From the NCBI GenBank assembly GCA_963666985.2, contig CAXXIA010000001.1, positions 32,001 through 96,000 on the forward strand: a stretch of DNA of 64,000 bases, in the 5' to 3' direction. The notes beneath the pieces were generated by a model. That model did no database searches and was not told where the DNA came from. It saw nothing but the letters and a program-made list of their open reading frames with translations. Below, in pieces: positions 39,174-50,098 of this stretch. How positions within the stretch are numbered: position 1 is the stretch's first letter; each line of letters opens with the position of its first letter. The position numbers and the translations under genes are program-made. This DNA is from Spirochaetia bacterium. GTDB taxonomy: Bacteria > Spirochaetota > Spirochaetia > DSM-2461.

Positions 39174-40190
39174 TCAGGCTTCGAAAATCTTCGAAAAGCG
39201 CCGCGGCTCCCTCGCTTTCCATACACCCGAATGGAAAACGGAACTGATCATCAGGGGCAGAACCGTCGTGGCCTCCGCGTACACCATCTGTTCGGCGACG
39301 GTGTCCACCTTTCCCCAGCTGGAAGCTTCCTTCAGAGTCGAGCTGGAACAGGCCCCGTCCCGCACGTCGGCCACGGTAATCTGAACGGCGTAGGCATGCA
39401 TGGGAACTTCCCGGCCCAGAACCTCCGCGCATACCACGGTATCCTGAGCGAAGTTTTTCGGAACGCCGCCGCCGATCATGATCAATCCAGTTTTCTCTGC
39501 GCGGATTTTTACTTCCGTGAGTTCCCGGAAATCCCGTACGCTGTCGATGGAAACGTACTTGTCTTTGCCTTCCTGATGGAGAACCAGCCCGAATCCCGCG
39601 CTGGAGTCGGAGAAGGCCGGACAGAATATCGGAACGTCCATCTCGAAACAGGCCTGCACCAGAGAATCGGCCTTTTTGGCGTTTTTCGTCAGGTAGCGGC
39701 CCATCTCCCGGATAAAAGCGCGGGAACTGTAGATGCCCGGAGGCAGAGAATCGGCGATTTCGCAGATGGTGCGGTCCACAACCTGCAGCTCTTCCTCGTC
39801 GATGAACGTATCATAGATGCGGTCCACATAGTTCTCTCTGAGCACCGAATCGTCGATGAACGGAGTCCCCCGGTAGTGGCGGAATCCCAAGGCTTCCAGG
39901 AAATCCATATCCACGATGGAGGCACCCGTGGCCACCACGGCGTCCACCATTTTGGAGCGGACCATGTCGATGTAAACCTGCATGCATCCGGCCGCCGAGG
40001 TGCTTCCGGCCAGGGTGAGAATCACCGAGCAGTCCTTATCGCCGACCATGTTTCGGATGATTTCCGCGGCCCGTGCCGTATCCCGCGAAGCGAAGGACAT
40101 TTTCGCCATGGCGCCGATGATGGGCGTCGCGTCGAAATCCTTAATGTCGATATGCTCGATGGTTTCCTGAAGCAGATCTTTTTTATTCAT
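39174..40190 (-). CDS. Deoxyhypusine-synthase-like protein (probable homospermidine synthase, SpeY-like)
   Basis: RIYDT, PIFCPAFSDSS, GGGVPKNF, DGACSSSTLKEASSWGKV. Confidence 0.88.
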   Translation of the reverse strand: MNKKDLLQETIEHIDIKDFDATPIIGAMAKMSFASRDTARAAEIIRNMVGDKDCSVILTLAGSTSAAGCMQVYIDMVRSKMVDAVVATGASIVDMDFLEALGFRHYRGTPFIDDSVLRENYVDRIYDTFIDEEELQVVDRTICEIADSLPPGIYSSRAFIREMGRYLTKNAKKADSLVQACFEMDVPIFCPAFSDSSAGFGLVLHQEGKDKYVSIDSVRDFRELTEVKIRAEKTGLIMIGGGVPKNFAQDTVVCAEVLGREVPMHAYAVQITVADVRDGACSSSTLKEASSWGKVDTVAEQMVYAEATTVLPLMISSVFHSGVWKAREPRRFSKIFEA

Positions 40191-41067
40191 GATTCTCTCC
40201 ATAGGCATGGCGGTAGGCCATGATTTTATAGGCGAGCTTGGCCGCCGTGAATTCGGGCGCGGAATCTCCGTTCGGACAGAGTTCCACGATATCCGCGCCG
40301 ATAACCTTATTCGTTTTGAACAGAGCCGCCAGGGCGCCTGTTAAATGATACCAATTCAGTCCTCCCGGTTCCGGTGTTCCCGTGGCCGCCATAACGGAAG
40401 GATCCAGAACATCGAGATCGACGGTAATATACAGAGGACCCCGGACGGCGTTCGTCATTCGGGTTATCCAGCCGCCTTTTCCATGCGGGCCTTTCTCAGC
40501 GGCGGCATCGGAAGCGATTTCGTCGGCGAATATAACCCGGCTTCGGTCCATTCGTTCGTTTTCCGATCGGTCCATGGACCGGATGCCCACCTGAAAGATC
40601 TTCGCAACTTCCAGGGCCCGGGCCATCACGCAGGCATGGTTGTAGCGGCTTTCCTCGTATTCGTCCCGAAGATCCGAATGGGCGTCGAATTGAACCACCG
40701 TCAAATCAGGATAGCGGGCTGCGGCCGATTCGATGATTCCGGCGCTTACCGAGTGTTCGCCGCCGAGGAACATCGGAAACGATCCGGAATCCCAGATTGA
40801 ACCGCAAAAATCCCGAACCGAAGAGGCCATCGCCTCGGGGGATGAAAAATCATACGCTTTTTCGGCGATTCGAACTCCGGCCCTGTACGGTTCGCTGTCG
40901 GTTTCGATATCGTACAGCTCCACCTGAGAGGACGCTTCAATGAGGGCCCTCGGTCCCCCATCGGCCCCTTTCCTGTACGTACTTGTCCCGTCGTAGGGAA
41001 TCGGTACAATCAGGAAACCGGGATTTTCGGCGGTTTCCGGGATGTCAAGAAAGGGCGAATACGGCAT
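40183..41067 (-). CDS. speB: Agmatinase (ureohydrolase family)
   Basis: GGEHS, FDAHSDLR, DLDVLDPS, TGTPEPGG. Confidence 0.9.
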   Translation of the reverse strand: MPYSPFLDIPETAENPGFLIVPIPYDGTSTYRKGADGGPRALIEASSQVELYDIETDSEPYRAGVRIAEKAYDFSSPEAMASSVRDFCGSIWDSGSFPMFLGGEHSVSAGIIESAAARYPDLTVVQFDAHSDLRDEYEESRYNHACVMARALEVAKIFQVGIRSMDRSENERMDRSRVIFADEIASDAAAEKGPHGKGGWITRMTNAVRGPLYITVDLDVLDPSVMAATGTPEPGGLNWYHLTGALAALFKTNKVIGADIVELCPNGDSAPEFTAAKLAYKIMAYRHAYGENHE

Positions 41068-41236
41068 CGGCGCTATCCCGGCGCGGACGGCAAAAAAATC
41101 CGGCCAAGATTGTTCGGCCGTCCGCATGAAAAAAGTGAGTAACAATAGACTCCCGATTTAGACGTGTCAATAAAACTTCACGCTGAATTTGTCCCGCAAG
41201 AGAATTGACCGAGACTCATTTCAAGTGCTTAATGAA

Positions 41237-41317
41237 CGGTGCAATCCGGGACTCTCATCAGCTTTGCGGAATTGATACAATGAAGCAAGGCCGGTGAGAA
41301 CTCCGGATGAAATGCCG
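41237..41317 (+). ncRNA. Candidate structured 5' leader of speA
   Basis: Nested pairings cggtg/tgccg, atccgg/ccggat, ctca/tgag, gctttgc/gcaaggc, attg/caat; ends just before the GGGAGG SD. Confidence 0.45.
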
Positions 41318-41338
41318 CATTCGGGAGGCGCGATTCGC

Positions 41339-43270
41339 TTGAATAAAAATCAATCGCTGAGCAGGTGGTCCGTGGACGATTCGGCCGAGCTCTACGGACT
41401 GAATCTCTGGGGACGGGATTATTTCACGGCATCCGACGAAGGTCATGTCGTGGTGAAACTTCCCGACGGTCGAGGCGGGCACTGCCGGGCCGATCTGTAT
41501 GAAATCGTTAAGGGGATTGAAGAGCGGGGGATTTTGTTTCCCGTACTGCTTCGTTTCCCCGACATTATCAGACAGGAGCTCGGCGAACTGAACGAGTCGT
41601 TCGCCGAGGCGATCAAAGAAACGGGATACTCATCGGAATATCGCGGCGTTTTTCCCATCAAGGTTAATCAGCAGCAGCAGATTATCGAAGAGATTGTGAA
41701 GGGGGGATTACCCTATCACCACGGACTCGAAGCCGGAAGCAAGGCCGAACTGTTCATTGCTCTGGCCATGCTGGACGATCCGGATGCCCTGATTGTCTGC
41801 AACGGATATAAAGATTCCGAGTTCATCGATTTGGCCCTTCTCGGCTCCCAGGCGGGAAACCGCGTGATTCTGGCCGTGGAGCGGCCGGGGGAGATTGATC
41901 TTATTCTGGAGCGGTCCGAAATTCTCGGTATTGATCCTGTTTTGGGAATCCGAGCGAAACTTTCTTCCTACGGAGGGGGGAACTGGTCTTCCTCGGGGGG
42001 GGATCATTCGATTTTCGGCCTGACGGCCTCCCAAATACTCGATGCCGTGGAAACGCTCGGCAAGGCGGGGCGTCTTGACTGCCTTCGGCTTCTTCACAGC
42101 CATATCGGTTCTCAGATACCGGATATCCGCTCCATTCGGCAGGGAGTCCAGGAACTTGTCCGCTACTACGTGTCTCTCGTCAGGGAAGGCGCGCCCATGG
42201 GGTACCTCGACATCGGCGGCGGTTTGGCCGTGGACTATGACGGTTCGAATACGAATTATGCCTCCAGCAGGAATTACAGCACGAAGGAATACTGCGTCGA
42301 CGTTGTGGAAGCCATTCAGGGCATCTGCAATGAGGCAAAAATCGCAGAACCGGTTATCATCACCGAATCGGGACGGGCGATTACGGCCTATTCGTCCGTC
42401 CTGCTTTTCAACATTTTGGATGTAAATCGCCTTGATCCGGAATCCGACGACATCGGAATCCCCGAGAACGCTCCCGCGGCCCTGCAAAATCTCGCGGATC
42501 TCGCCCGTGAGGGGATCAATATTAAAAATCTCCAGGAATCGTTCAACGATGCGTTGTTTTACAGAGATGAAATCAGAGGGAAATTTCTTCTCGGAGATTT
42601 GGACCTGAGAACCAGAGCGCTCGGCGACCGGTGCTTCTGGCGCATCTTGAGAACCATTAACCGGCTGCTTCCTTCGGTGAAACGCGTTCCTGAAGAACTT
42701 CAGGAACTCGATCAGCTTCTTGCGGACATATACTATGGTAATTTAAGTATTTTCCAGTCTTTGCCCGACAACTGGGCGATTGAACAGCTCTTTCCCGTTA
42801 TGCCCATCCATCGCCTCGACGAACGGCCGGAAAACGCGGCCGTGGTCGCCGATACCACCTGCGACAGCGACGGGAAAATCGACCGGTTCATTAATGTTCA
42901 CGACGTCGATCGAAGTCTGCTGCTTCACGATCCCCGCGAGGGTGAGCCGTATGTCGTCGGCGCCTTCTTGGTCGGAGCCTATCAGGAAACATTGGGAGAT
43001 CTTCATAATCTCTTCGGCGATACTCATGTGGTCAGCATTGTCGTGGACGAGAACGGTGATCTGGATTTTCAGAGGGAAATCACCGGGGATTCGGTCGCGG
43101 ATGTGCTCAGCTATGTGGAATACGATCCCAAAACTTTGGCCGGAGGATTCCGCGATCGACTGGAACGGGCCGTCAGGCGGGGTCGGATTACTCCCGGATT
43201 ACGCCGCCGAATTCTGAAAGCTTATGAGGACGGGCTGCAGGGCTACACGTATTACGAGCAGGAAGAGTAG
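41339..43270 (+). CDS. speA: Biosynthetic arginine decarboxylase
   Basis: VFPIKVNQQ, GLEAGSKAEL, HIGSQI, GGGLAVDYDG, TCDSDG, GAYQETLGDLHNLFG. TTG start follows GGGAGG. Confidence 0.95.
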   Translation: MNKNQSLSRWSVDDSAELYGLNLWGRDYFTASDEGHVVVKLPDGRGGHCRADLYEIVKGIEERGILFPVLLRFPDIIRQELGELNESFAEAIKETGYSSEYRGVFPIKVNQQQQIIEEIVKGGLPYHHGLEAGSKAELFIALAMLDDPDALIVCNGYKDSEFIDLALLGSQAGNRVILAVERPGEIDLILERSEILGIDPVLGIRAKLSSYGGGNWSSSGGDHSIFGLTASQILDAVETLGKAGRLDCLRLLHSHIGSQIPDIRSIRQGVQELVRYYVSLVREGAPMGYLDIGGGLAVDYDGSNTNYASSRNYSTKEYCVDVVEAIQGICNEAKIAEPVIITESGRAITAYSSVLLFNILDVNRLDPESDDIGIPENAPAALQNLADLAREGINIKNLQESFNDALFYRDEIRGKFLLGDLDLRTRALGDRCFWRILRTINRLLPSVKRVPEELQELDQLLADIYYGNLSIFQSLPDNWAIEQLFPVMPIHRLDERPENAAVVADTTCDSDGKIDRFINVHDVDRSLLLHDPREGEPYVVGAFLVGAYQETLGDLHNLFGDTHVVSIVVDENGDLDFQREITGDSVADVLSYVEYDPKTLAGGFRDRLERAVRRGRITPGLRRRILKAYEDGLQGYTYYEQEE

Positions 43271-43361
43271 AAGGCGCGCTGAGGGATTTATCGATATTTC
43301 AATGAGTGACTGAAAAGCCACGGGAAGAGCGCCATCTTTTTAATTAAGAAGGGGGCCGGAG

Positions 43362-45452
43362 TCAGTTCATCGCGTATGTATGGCGAGAAATGATCTGTTC
43401 TTGATATTCCGGACTCAATTCACAGAAATAACCGCTCCAGCCCCAGACTCGGACAATCAGGTTCTTGTGATTCTCCGGATGCTCCAGGGCGTCCTTCAGC
43501 GTCTCCGGATTGAGCGTATTGAGCTGCAGTTGCTGACATCCGAGTTGGGCGAAGGTTCGGATGAACAGGGCGACTTTCTCGAGCGCATCATCGTCTGAAA
43601 AAATCGTTTGTGAGAGTTCCATGGTGATGGGGCCGCCGTTGCATATTCGATGGTAGTCGATTTTGGCGAATGACTGCAGGACACTAATCGGGCCGCGAAC
43701 TTGTGCTCCGGGCGAGGGGGCTAGGTTGGCGGCGAACATGCTTTCTTTTCTTCTGCCGTCGGCTGTGGCTCCGACGATTCGGTCCTGTGTGTCTCCGCAA
43801 TCTCGAGCTAACCATAAGTAGTACATTGCGGACCCGCTGCCGGGCCTGAAGCGGCCGCCCCGGCTGTTATCGCCTTGTCGATCGCATGCGTCGGCCATGT
43901 ATGAAAAGAGACGGGTGAGTATCGAATCGACGGCCTCATCGTTGCATCCCACTTTTTGGCCGGTAGCGAGGAGTTGACGTACATCCTCGAAACCTTTGAA
44001 ATCGGTTTCGAGAGCGTTCAGGAGTCTTTGAGAAGAAAGGCACTTGTCCTCGAAGACAAATTTCTTCACATTGATCAGTGCATCGGCGGCGCTGCTACAT
44101 GCCGCACCGTGAATGCCGTAGTTGTTGTAGGCTGCGCCCTGGGAGATATCTCGTCCCTGTTCCAGACATCCTGTCATAAGGACTGAATAGAATGGTGCGG
44201 GGGGAAGGAGCAGATCGCGTTTCCCACGGGCCAATTGCTCGATTTGTCGGTCGATGTTCCGTTCCACTCGATCCATGATGTTTTCGAAGTTGCGGTCGTT
44301 CTCGGTTAAACCATCAACGATGGCTTCATGAGCCGCCAGAGGAAACGAAACGGCTCCGATGTTTACGACTTCCATGCCCTTACCGGGAATAATGAATTCC
44401 CAGCAGGCCGCGACGGTATAGTCTCTTGCGTCTTTCAAATCGTATCCCATGGCGGTCAGAGCCGGGATTATCACATCGTCGTTGGAGTATTGAGGAAATC
44501 CTAAGCCTATTTGTGTCAGGCGGGCCGCTGTCATAAGGAGATTTTTATCCGTATCGGCGTTGATTCTCAGATTGATCTTGGGATCTATCATGGCGACGTC
44601 ACGGGCAACCCGCAGAACTATATGAGTGAGTTCATTTACGGCGTTTTTCCCTTGTCTCGTCACCCCGCCCAGCATAAGGGACTGGCCGTTGTCCCCCTGC
44701 TGGACGCCGGGATACAGGTCTGAGTCTCTATTTAGGGAGATGAAAAACTCGGCGAGGAGTTCTTCGGCTTTGGGAAGGGACAGAGCACCGGATTGGAGAT
44801 CGTTTCGGAGATAGGGCCACATGTATTGGTCGAATCGTCCCAGGCCGACATGGTAGTTCCCGCTCATCCAGACAGCGGCATGAAGCAGGCGGAGCGATTG
44901 GAGCGCCTCGTGAAAGTTTCGTGCGGAGAAGGCTGGAACACGGGACAAGACGATCGCCAGGTCCATACGGCCAATGCGCTCCGCTTCTTTTTCGTATCGG
45001 GCGGCCAAATCGAGAACAGCGTCCATGGTTTCGATTGCCGCTGTGAGAAACTCCACGGCGTCCCTGTCGTGCTCATGGCTCCGGAGGCTCTTTTCGGCAG
45101 CCGCCTTCCGGCCGGAAAGCCCCTGGGAGAGAACCATGCCCCAATCGGCGCAGATATTGCTGATCGGTCCCGATTCATGGCGGCTCCGGCCAGCAAAAAA
45201 GGCCTCCCATTCCTCGGGAAGGTACAGCGGCGCGATGCCGGGAACGGTCCTGGTGAAGGCTATCTTCTGGTCGGGTTCGATTACGGGGAATTCCGCTTCA
45301 CATTGCCGCCGAGTCAGCCTGGCGGCCCTCATGGTCCATGACAGGTTCTCCACTTCGCATTCGGGAATAATATCCGGGACGCTTTGAAGGCGCCATTTGC
45401 GCTGTTCCCGGTTTCTGACCCGATTTCTCATTGCTTCAAGCCGTTCGTTCAT
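43362..45452 (-). CDS. Glycyl radical enzyme, non-PFL, substrate unknown
   Basis: LGRFDQY, Cys loop VAACWE, GATADGR, QLQLN, Gly loop VRVWGWSGYF. Confidence 0.9.
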   Translation of the reverse strand: MNERLEAMRNRVRNREQRKWRLQSVPDIIPECEVENLSWTMRAARLTRRQCEAEFPVIEPDQKIAFTRTVPGIAPLYLPEEWEAFFAGRSRHESGPISNICADWGMVLSQGLSGRKAAAEKSLRSHEHDRDAVEFLTAAIETMDAVLDLAARYEKEAERIGRMDLAIVLSRVPAFSARNFHEALQSLRLLHAAVWMSGNYHVGLGRFDQYMWPYLRNDLQSGALSLPKAEELLAEFFISLNRDSDLYPGVQQGDNGQSLMLGGVTRQGKNAVNELTHIVLRVARDVAMIDPKINLRINADTDKNLLMTAARLTQIGLGFPQYSNDDVIIPALTAMGYDLKDARDYTVAACWEFIIPGKGMEVVNIGAVSFPLAAHEAIVDGLTENDRNFENIMDRVERNIDRQIEQLARGKRDLLLPPAPFYSVLMTGCLEQGRDISQGAAYNNYGIHGAACSSAADALINVKKFVFEDKCLSSQRLLNALETDFKGFEDVRQLLATGQKVGCNDEAVDSILTRLFSYMADACDRQGDNSRGGRFRPGSGSAMYYLWLARDCGDTQDRIVGATADGRRKESMFAANLAPSPGAQVRGPISVLQSFAKIDYHRICNGGPITMELSQTIFSDDDALEKVALFIRTFAQLGCQQLQLNTLNPETLKDALEHPENHKNLIVRVWGWSGYFCELSPEYQEQIISRHTYAMN

Positions 45453-46207
45453 TATCGAATTCGTACCTCCAGTCCTAATTCTTGAAATGGTTTCGGGTCG
45501 GCGTTTACCTCCCCCTTTTCATCAAATCCCGGCTTGAACGCCATACCGAGTCCTGCGTATTTCCCTCCGGCGGCGCGGTTGTATCGCAGCAAATCGATTC
45601 GTCGGAGATTTTTCATCCGCGAGGCCGTCCGAGCGATCCTGTGGAGATTATCGTCCGTGTCGGAGACGCCGGGCACCAGGGGCACGCGGATGATCAGCGG
45701 AGTCTCCAGGGCATTCATCTGGTCAAGATTCGCCAGGATCGCCTCGTTGCCGCATCCCGTGAACCTCTTATGGAGGGCTTTATCCATGATTTTCAAATCA
45801 AAGAGAACCAGATTACATTTTGAGACGATTTTTCGGAAAAGCTTCGGCTCGCCGTATCCGCTTGTATCCAGGGTGACGTGCAATCCATGGAGTCTGTCGA
45901 TAACCTCGATGAGGAACGGGACCTGGCAAAGTGGCTCTCCTCCCGAGAATGTTACTCCGCCGTCGTTCGCTTGGAGTATCTCCGATTGACGGTTGAGCAA
46001 CTCCGCAAGATCCTCGGATGAGTATCGTCGGCCCACGAGGCGATCTCCCAGGGGACGGTGCATAAATTGCGGCTCAGGTGATTGGCTTTCCGGGTTATGG
46101 CACCAAGTGCACCGCAGCGGGCAGCCCTTCAAAAAGACCGTTGTCCTGATTCCCGGTCCGTCATGGACGGCCAGTTCCTTGATATCGAAAAGCATTCCGG
46201 TTTTCAT
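45452..46207 (-). CDS. Glycyl-radical-enzyme activating radical SAM protein
   Basis: HDGPGIRTTVFLKGCPLRCTWCHNPE, GGVTFSGGEP, DTSG; no ferredoxin insert. Confidence 0.93.
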   Translation of the reverse strand: MKTGMLFDIKELAVHDGPGIRTTVFLKGCPLRCTWCHNPESQSPEPQFMHRPLGDRLVGRRYSSEDLAELLNRQSEILQANDGGVTFSGGEPLCQVPFLIEVIDRLHGLHVTLDTSGYGEPKLFRKIVSKCNLVLFDLKIMDKALHKRFTGCGNEAILANLDQMNALETPLIIRVPLVPGVSDTDDNLHRIARTASRMKNLRRIDLLRYNRAAGGKYAGLGMAFKPGFDEKGEVNADPKPFQELGLEVRIR

Positions 46208-46233
46208 GGAACAAATGCTCTTCCGTCCGGCAT

Positions 46234-48628
46234 TCAGGCCGGATAAGGCAATTCGACGATGCCGAACGGAACAATGTCCCCTTCGTATCGTTTTCCGCCG
46301 ATTTTCAATCGATAGCTCGACGCCGTTCCGCATGTTTCGTTCAGCACAAGGAGGTTCTCCGCATGTCTGAATCCCTCCAGGACGACATTGGAAGGTGACA
46401 AATCGTAAAGCGGGATAGCGGGAACCGCCGGAATCTCGATGGATTCGATGATGCCGGTCCCGAAACCGTAAGCACGTCCCCAGGCGGGCATGAGCGCGGC
46501 CGACGACGGCTCGGAGAATTTTCTGATGACGAATCGATGAACGTATTCACCGTAGAACGGCTCCTTGTACCATTCGGTTTCCGCCCTCACATCATCGACG
46601 TCGTTCCCGACGTGGAAGTTGAGTTTTCTTCGGCCTCCGCTGGTCGTCGAGCGTCCGAGACACAGGGATATTTCTCCGGTCTTCCCGCATACTCGAAAGG
46701 ATTGAGCGCCGGTTTGGGATGCCAGAAGGTACCCGGTGCCGTCTTGTCGGCAGAGGACGTGAGAAAGGGCCGCGATGTACGCCGGCTCCTCCCGGGGATG
46801 ACGGATTTCCCCAAAGGGTCCGTCGTACCAGATTTCTCCGGCGTCGCCGGTCTCCAGGCGAGCCTTGATGCCGCCGGGAGCAAAGTCCATCTCGCCGAGG
46901 GTTTCGGGTAATTCCGCGTCCACCAGGGCGGGTGCCGTGAAATGGAATTTCCACATCACGTATACGGCGTCCCCGTCCGTCGTATAGACGGCTTTGTGAT
47001 GAACGTGCCAATCGATTTGCTTTTCGATGATAAGAGACGGAGATTCCCCCGGAATAACGCTGACTCGGGGAGAGCCTTCCGGGCGGCAGGGACGTTTTCG
47101 GTCATCGAGTCTTTTCACGAGGATCTCGAAAGGCGCCAGAGCCAATGTCGCTTCCTGTCCATCTCGGCGAATGACGAGGGCGCCGTCCCGTTCCTCGAGT
47201 TCCATTGTTCCTTTGGTGATTTTCTTGCCGCCCCGGCACTTAGCCGTTTCCGGCGAGGACTCGCGGCGGAACAGGATGGGGACGGCATGGTAGGGGGAGG
47301 CGTCGAATCGGATGAGGTGTTCATAGCCTTCCGGAGACCTTCGAATGGAAATAATCTTCGCCATTTCCGTCCCATGGACGATTTTTAAGGGCTCCTCGGC
47401 TGTATGGGTCCGCAAAAATCCACTGAACGGCGTGTTGTTGATGAACCAGAATCCGGATCCCGTCGTGCATTCTTCGTCCGCCGCCGACGACAGCCGTCCC
47501 AAGGCATAGTCGTCCGCGATTCGGGACGCTTCAATGAAGCTTTCCCGCCGTTCTATGGTTCTCTCGTACATCGGATACCATCCTCGGGCATCCGAATTTG
47601 TTCCCCATACGAGCAGATGCCGCGACCTTTCCAGCGGATGGACGCGGTCCGAGAAGCGGAAGTAATTCCGTTCAACATCGGGATAGTCGTTAAGACTTTC
47701 GACGTTCCAGGTGATATCGGACCGGGGATGCCCCGCGGGTGCTTCCGTTTCGTCATTCTCCGCGCCGACGGACAAGATACCCGCCCGTCGGTAGGCTTCC
47801 ATCGCTTTCAGGGTCAGGCGGTGGGTTTCGATGTCGATAGGCTTGGACACCCAACGTGAATGGCTCGGGGACCGGGTGCTTCCTTCCGCCTTGTTGGTGG
47901 AGGGCCCGGGCTTCTTCGATCCCTTTAAGCCGTGTTTCCGAATGTAATCCGAGACGAACGTCCATTCGGCATCGATTTCGGCGTCGATCAGAGCCTTTCG
48001 AAGTTCCTCGCTCTTTTTGATCGTATCGGGGATTTCTAAGTCGTTTTGGAAGGTCAAAAGTGCATTGTCGGGAATGGATGCCGGATCCAAAGACGCGATG
48101 TCGTCGACGCCGAGTGTGGGAACTCCGACACATCGGCTGCCGTCGAGGCCTTCAAGGGTGTAGGGAAAAAAACGGTTTGCCCTCCCAGTTTTTGATAATA
48201 ACCCATTGGACGTCAAGCCGGTCGATGATGTAGGGGAGTTGCGGATAATACGCGACTTCCTGGATAAAAAACCCCTCTGGCGGGCCAAGTTCCTTCTTGG
48301 TGATCGACGTTCCCAGCATAGCGGAATCGAGTGCCGTCATTCCGTTTAGACACATTCCCACGGGTTCCGAATAGTAAGTTCCCATATAACGAACGCGCTT
48401 TTTTTCATAAAGGCGGTGGATGCGATCCAGGACATCGGGAGCGCAGATTTTCAGAGACTCAAATGTCTGCCCCGGCAATTGGAAATGAACTTTGGTCGCA
48501 GGATTGGCCTCGACATAGTCCAGGAACAAACGATAGATCGCCGGGAATTTTTCCCAGATAATCGACTTGCTTGATCTGTCGTAATTCATGTTGGGGTGAA
48601 CCGTATTCGTTATGTACACTTTCTTCAT
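46234..48628 (-). CDS. Large putative carbohydrate-active enzyme (GH38/GH57-like N-terminal barrel), one frameshift at ~48166-48172
   Basis: MKKVYITNTVHPNMNYDR...LPYII joins FFPYTLEG... if one base is removed from a 7-A run; 'NSDARGW'. Family assignment is tentative. Confidence 0.6.
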
Positions 48629-48793
48629 GTGCGCGCAATCCTGTGGATAAATTTCTTGATTGAAGACTGAAACGGCCGTTTTTTCGTGAATGGGGAGCAT
48701 CGAAAGGAACAGTTCTTTCAGTCTTCGAAATACCGGTTCCTTGACCGTCGATTCCAACCCGGTTCAACATCGTTTCCTTCGGGCTGAAGAAAA

Positions 48794-48830
48794 GGGCAGA
48801 AGATTCCCGCGAAATGGAGAATCCTCTGCC
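48794..48830. other. Stem-loop downstream of the substrate-binding gene
   Basis: ggcagaagattc...gaatcctctgcc. Confidence 0.5.
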
Positions 48831-48856
48831 TCCTTGATTTTTTCCGACCTTTCCGG

Positions 48857-50098
48857 CTATGGTGCCAAGTTTGACACGATTTCGTCGGCGGTCGTCTCGC
48901 CGTTGATCAGCGATCGAATGCCGGCTCCAAGACCGTCCCGAATTCGGGACGGCAGATAGTCTACCAGCATGCCGGAATCCTTGGTCGTTTCTTTCAGATG
49001 GGCCAGGGCAATCTTATAGATGTCCTGGTTCCACATGCCGTTTGCTGCTGACGAGGAACTGAGCATGTTTCCTTCTTGTGCGATCGAGATCTGCGATTCA
49101 TCGGAGAACATATGAAGCAGGAACGCGACGGCCGCGTCTTTGTTCTCGGTGTTTTTTGGAATGACGAAAACCTGTCCGCCGGAAGCGCTCCAGGGAGCGA
49201 AGGGCTTGTCGGTGAAGAGAACGGGCTCATCGAAAGAGGAATACCGAAAGTCGGCCGGTTTCGCCGCTTCGAAATTCGAAATAACCCACGATCCCATGGG
49301 AAACATGGCCACCTTGCCCTTGATGAAGAGGTCGATGCTGCTTTCGTAACTCACGCCTGTCATCGAAGGATCTATGACGCCCGAATCACGAAAATCCTCG
49401 ACGATGGCCAGAGCGTCGCGCAGGCCTTGCAGATCCCAATCACCGGATTCAACGGCCGCATTGACGGGATCGAGACCCATGATCTGCGCCGTGATCATTC
49501 CCAGGACGGCAGTGCCGGTCCAGGTATCCTGGGCGCCCCACATCACCGGAATGTATCCGGCATCCGCGATCGTTTTCGATACGTCGATCAGCTCATCGAG
49601 GTTTTTCGGTTCCGAAAGCCCGAGTTTTTCGAAGATATCAACGTTGTAGTACCATTCGATAGGCGCGGGACTGTCGGCGATTCCGTAGATTTTATCGCCG
49701 AATTTTCCCCAGCCGGCGCACAGTCCGTAGAGGCTCGCATCCAGACCGTTTTCGTAGAACACGTCCGTCATGTCCATCAGCATACCGTTGCGGGCGTAGT
49801 CCATGAACCGATCATGAGTGGTCCCAACCACATCCGGCGCCTCGCCGGCGGAGAATTGAGTCCGGATTGCGTCATGGTAGCCGGTATTCGTCGCCCAGAG
49901 ATCCACCTCCACTCCGGGATTCGCCTCCTGGAACGCCTCGACGACGCCGGGATAGCCCTTCGCCCTGGCGACGGTCGTGTAATATGTCGAAACCCGTAGT
50001 GAAACGGTTTTTGCCGAATTGTCATCTGATGATCCGGTTGCAAATGCAGAGCCGATGGTGACGGCAAGAACGAAAGCCGTCATGAGTCCTTTCTTCAC
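48857..50098 (-). CDS. Sugar ABC transporter substrate-binding protein
   Basis: Signal peptide, FQEANPGVEV, GEAPDV, YYNVDIFEKLGL, GKVAMFPMGSW. Confidence 0.9.
   Translation of the reverse strand: MKKGLMTAFVLAVTIGSAFATGSSDDNSAKTVSLRVSTYYTTVARAKGYPGVVEAFQEANPGVEVDLWATNTGYHDAIRTQFSAGEAPDVVGTTHDRFMDYARNGMLMDMTDVFYENGLDASLYGLCAGWGKFGDKIYGIADSPAPIEWYYNVDIFEKLGLSEPKNLDELIDVSKTIADAGYIPVMWGAQDTWTGTAVLGMITAQIMGLDPVNAAVESGDWDLQGLRDALAIVEDFRDSGVIDPSMTGVSYESSIDLFIKGKVAMFPMGSWVISNFEAAKPADFRYSSFDEPVLFTDKPFAPWSASGGQVFVIPKNTENKDAAVAFLLHMFSDESQISIAQEGNMLSSSSAANGMWNQDIYKIALAHLKETTKDSGMLVDYLPSRIRDGLGAGIRSLINGETTADEIVSNLAP

Noticed and set aside
43362..45452. Calling the GRE pyruvate formate-lyase (pflB)
   Set aside because: It lacks the Cys-Cys pair; it has a single Cys in a CWE loop.
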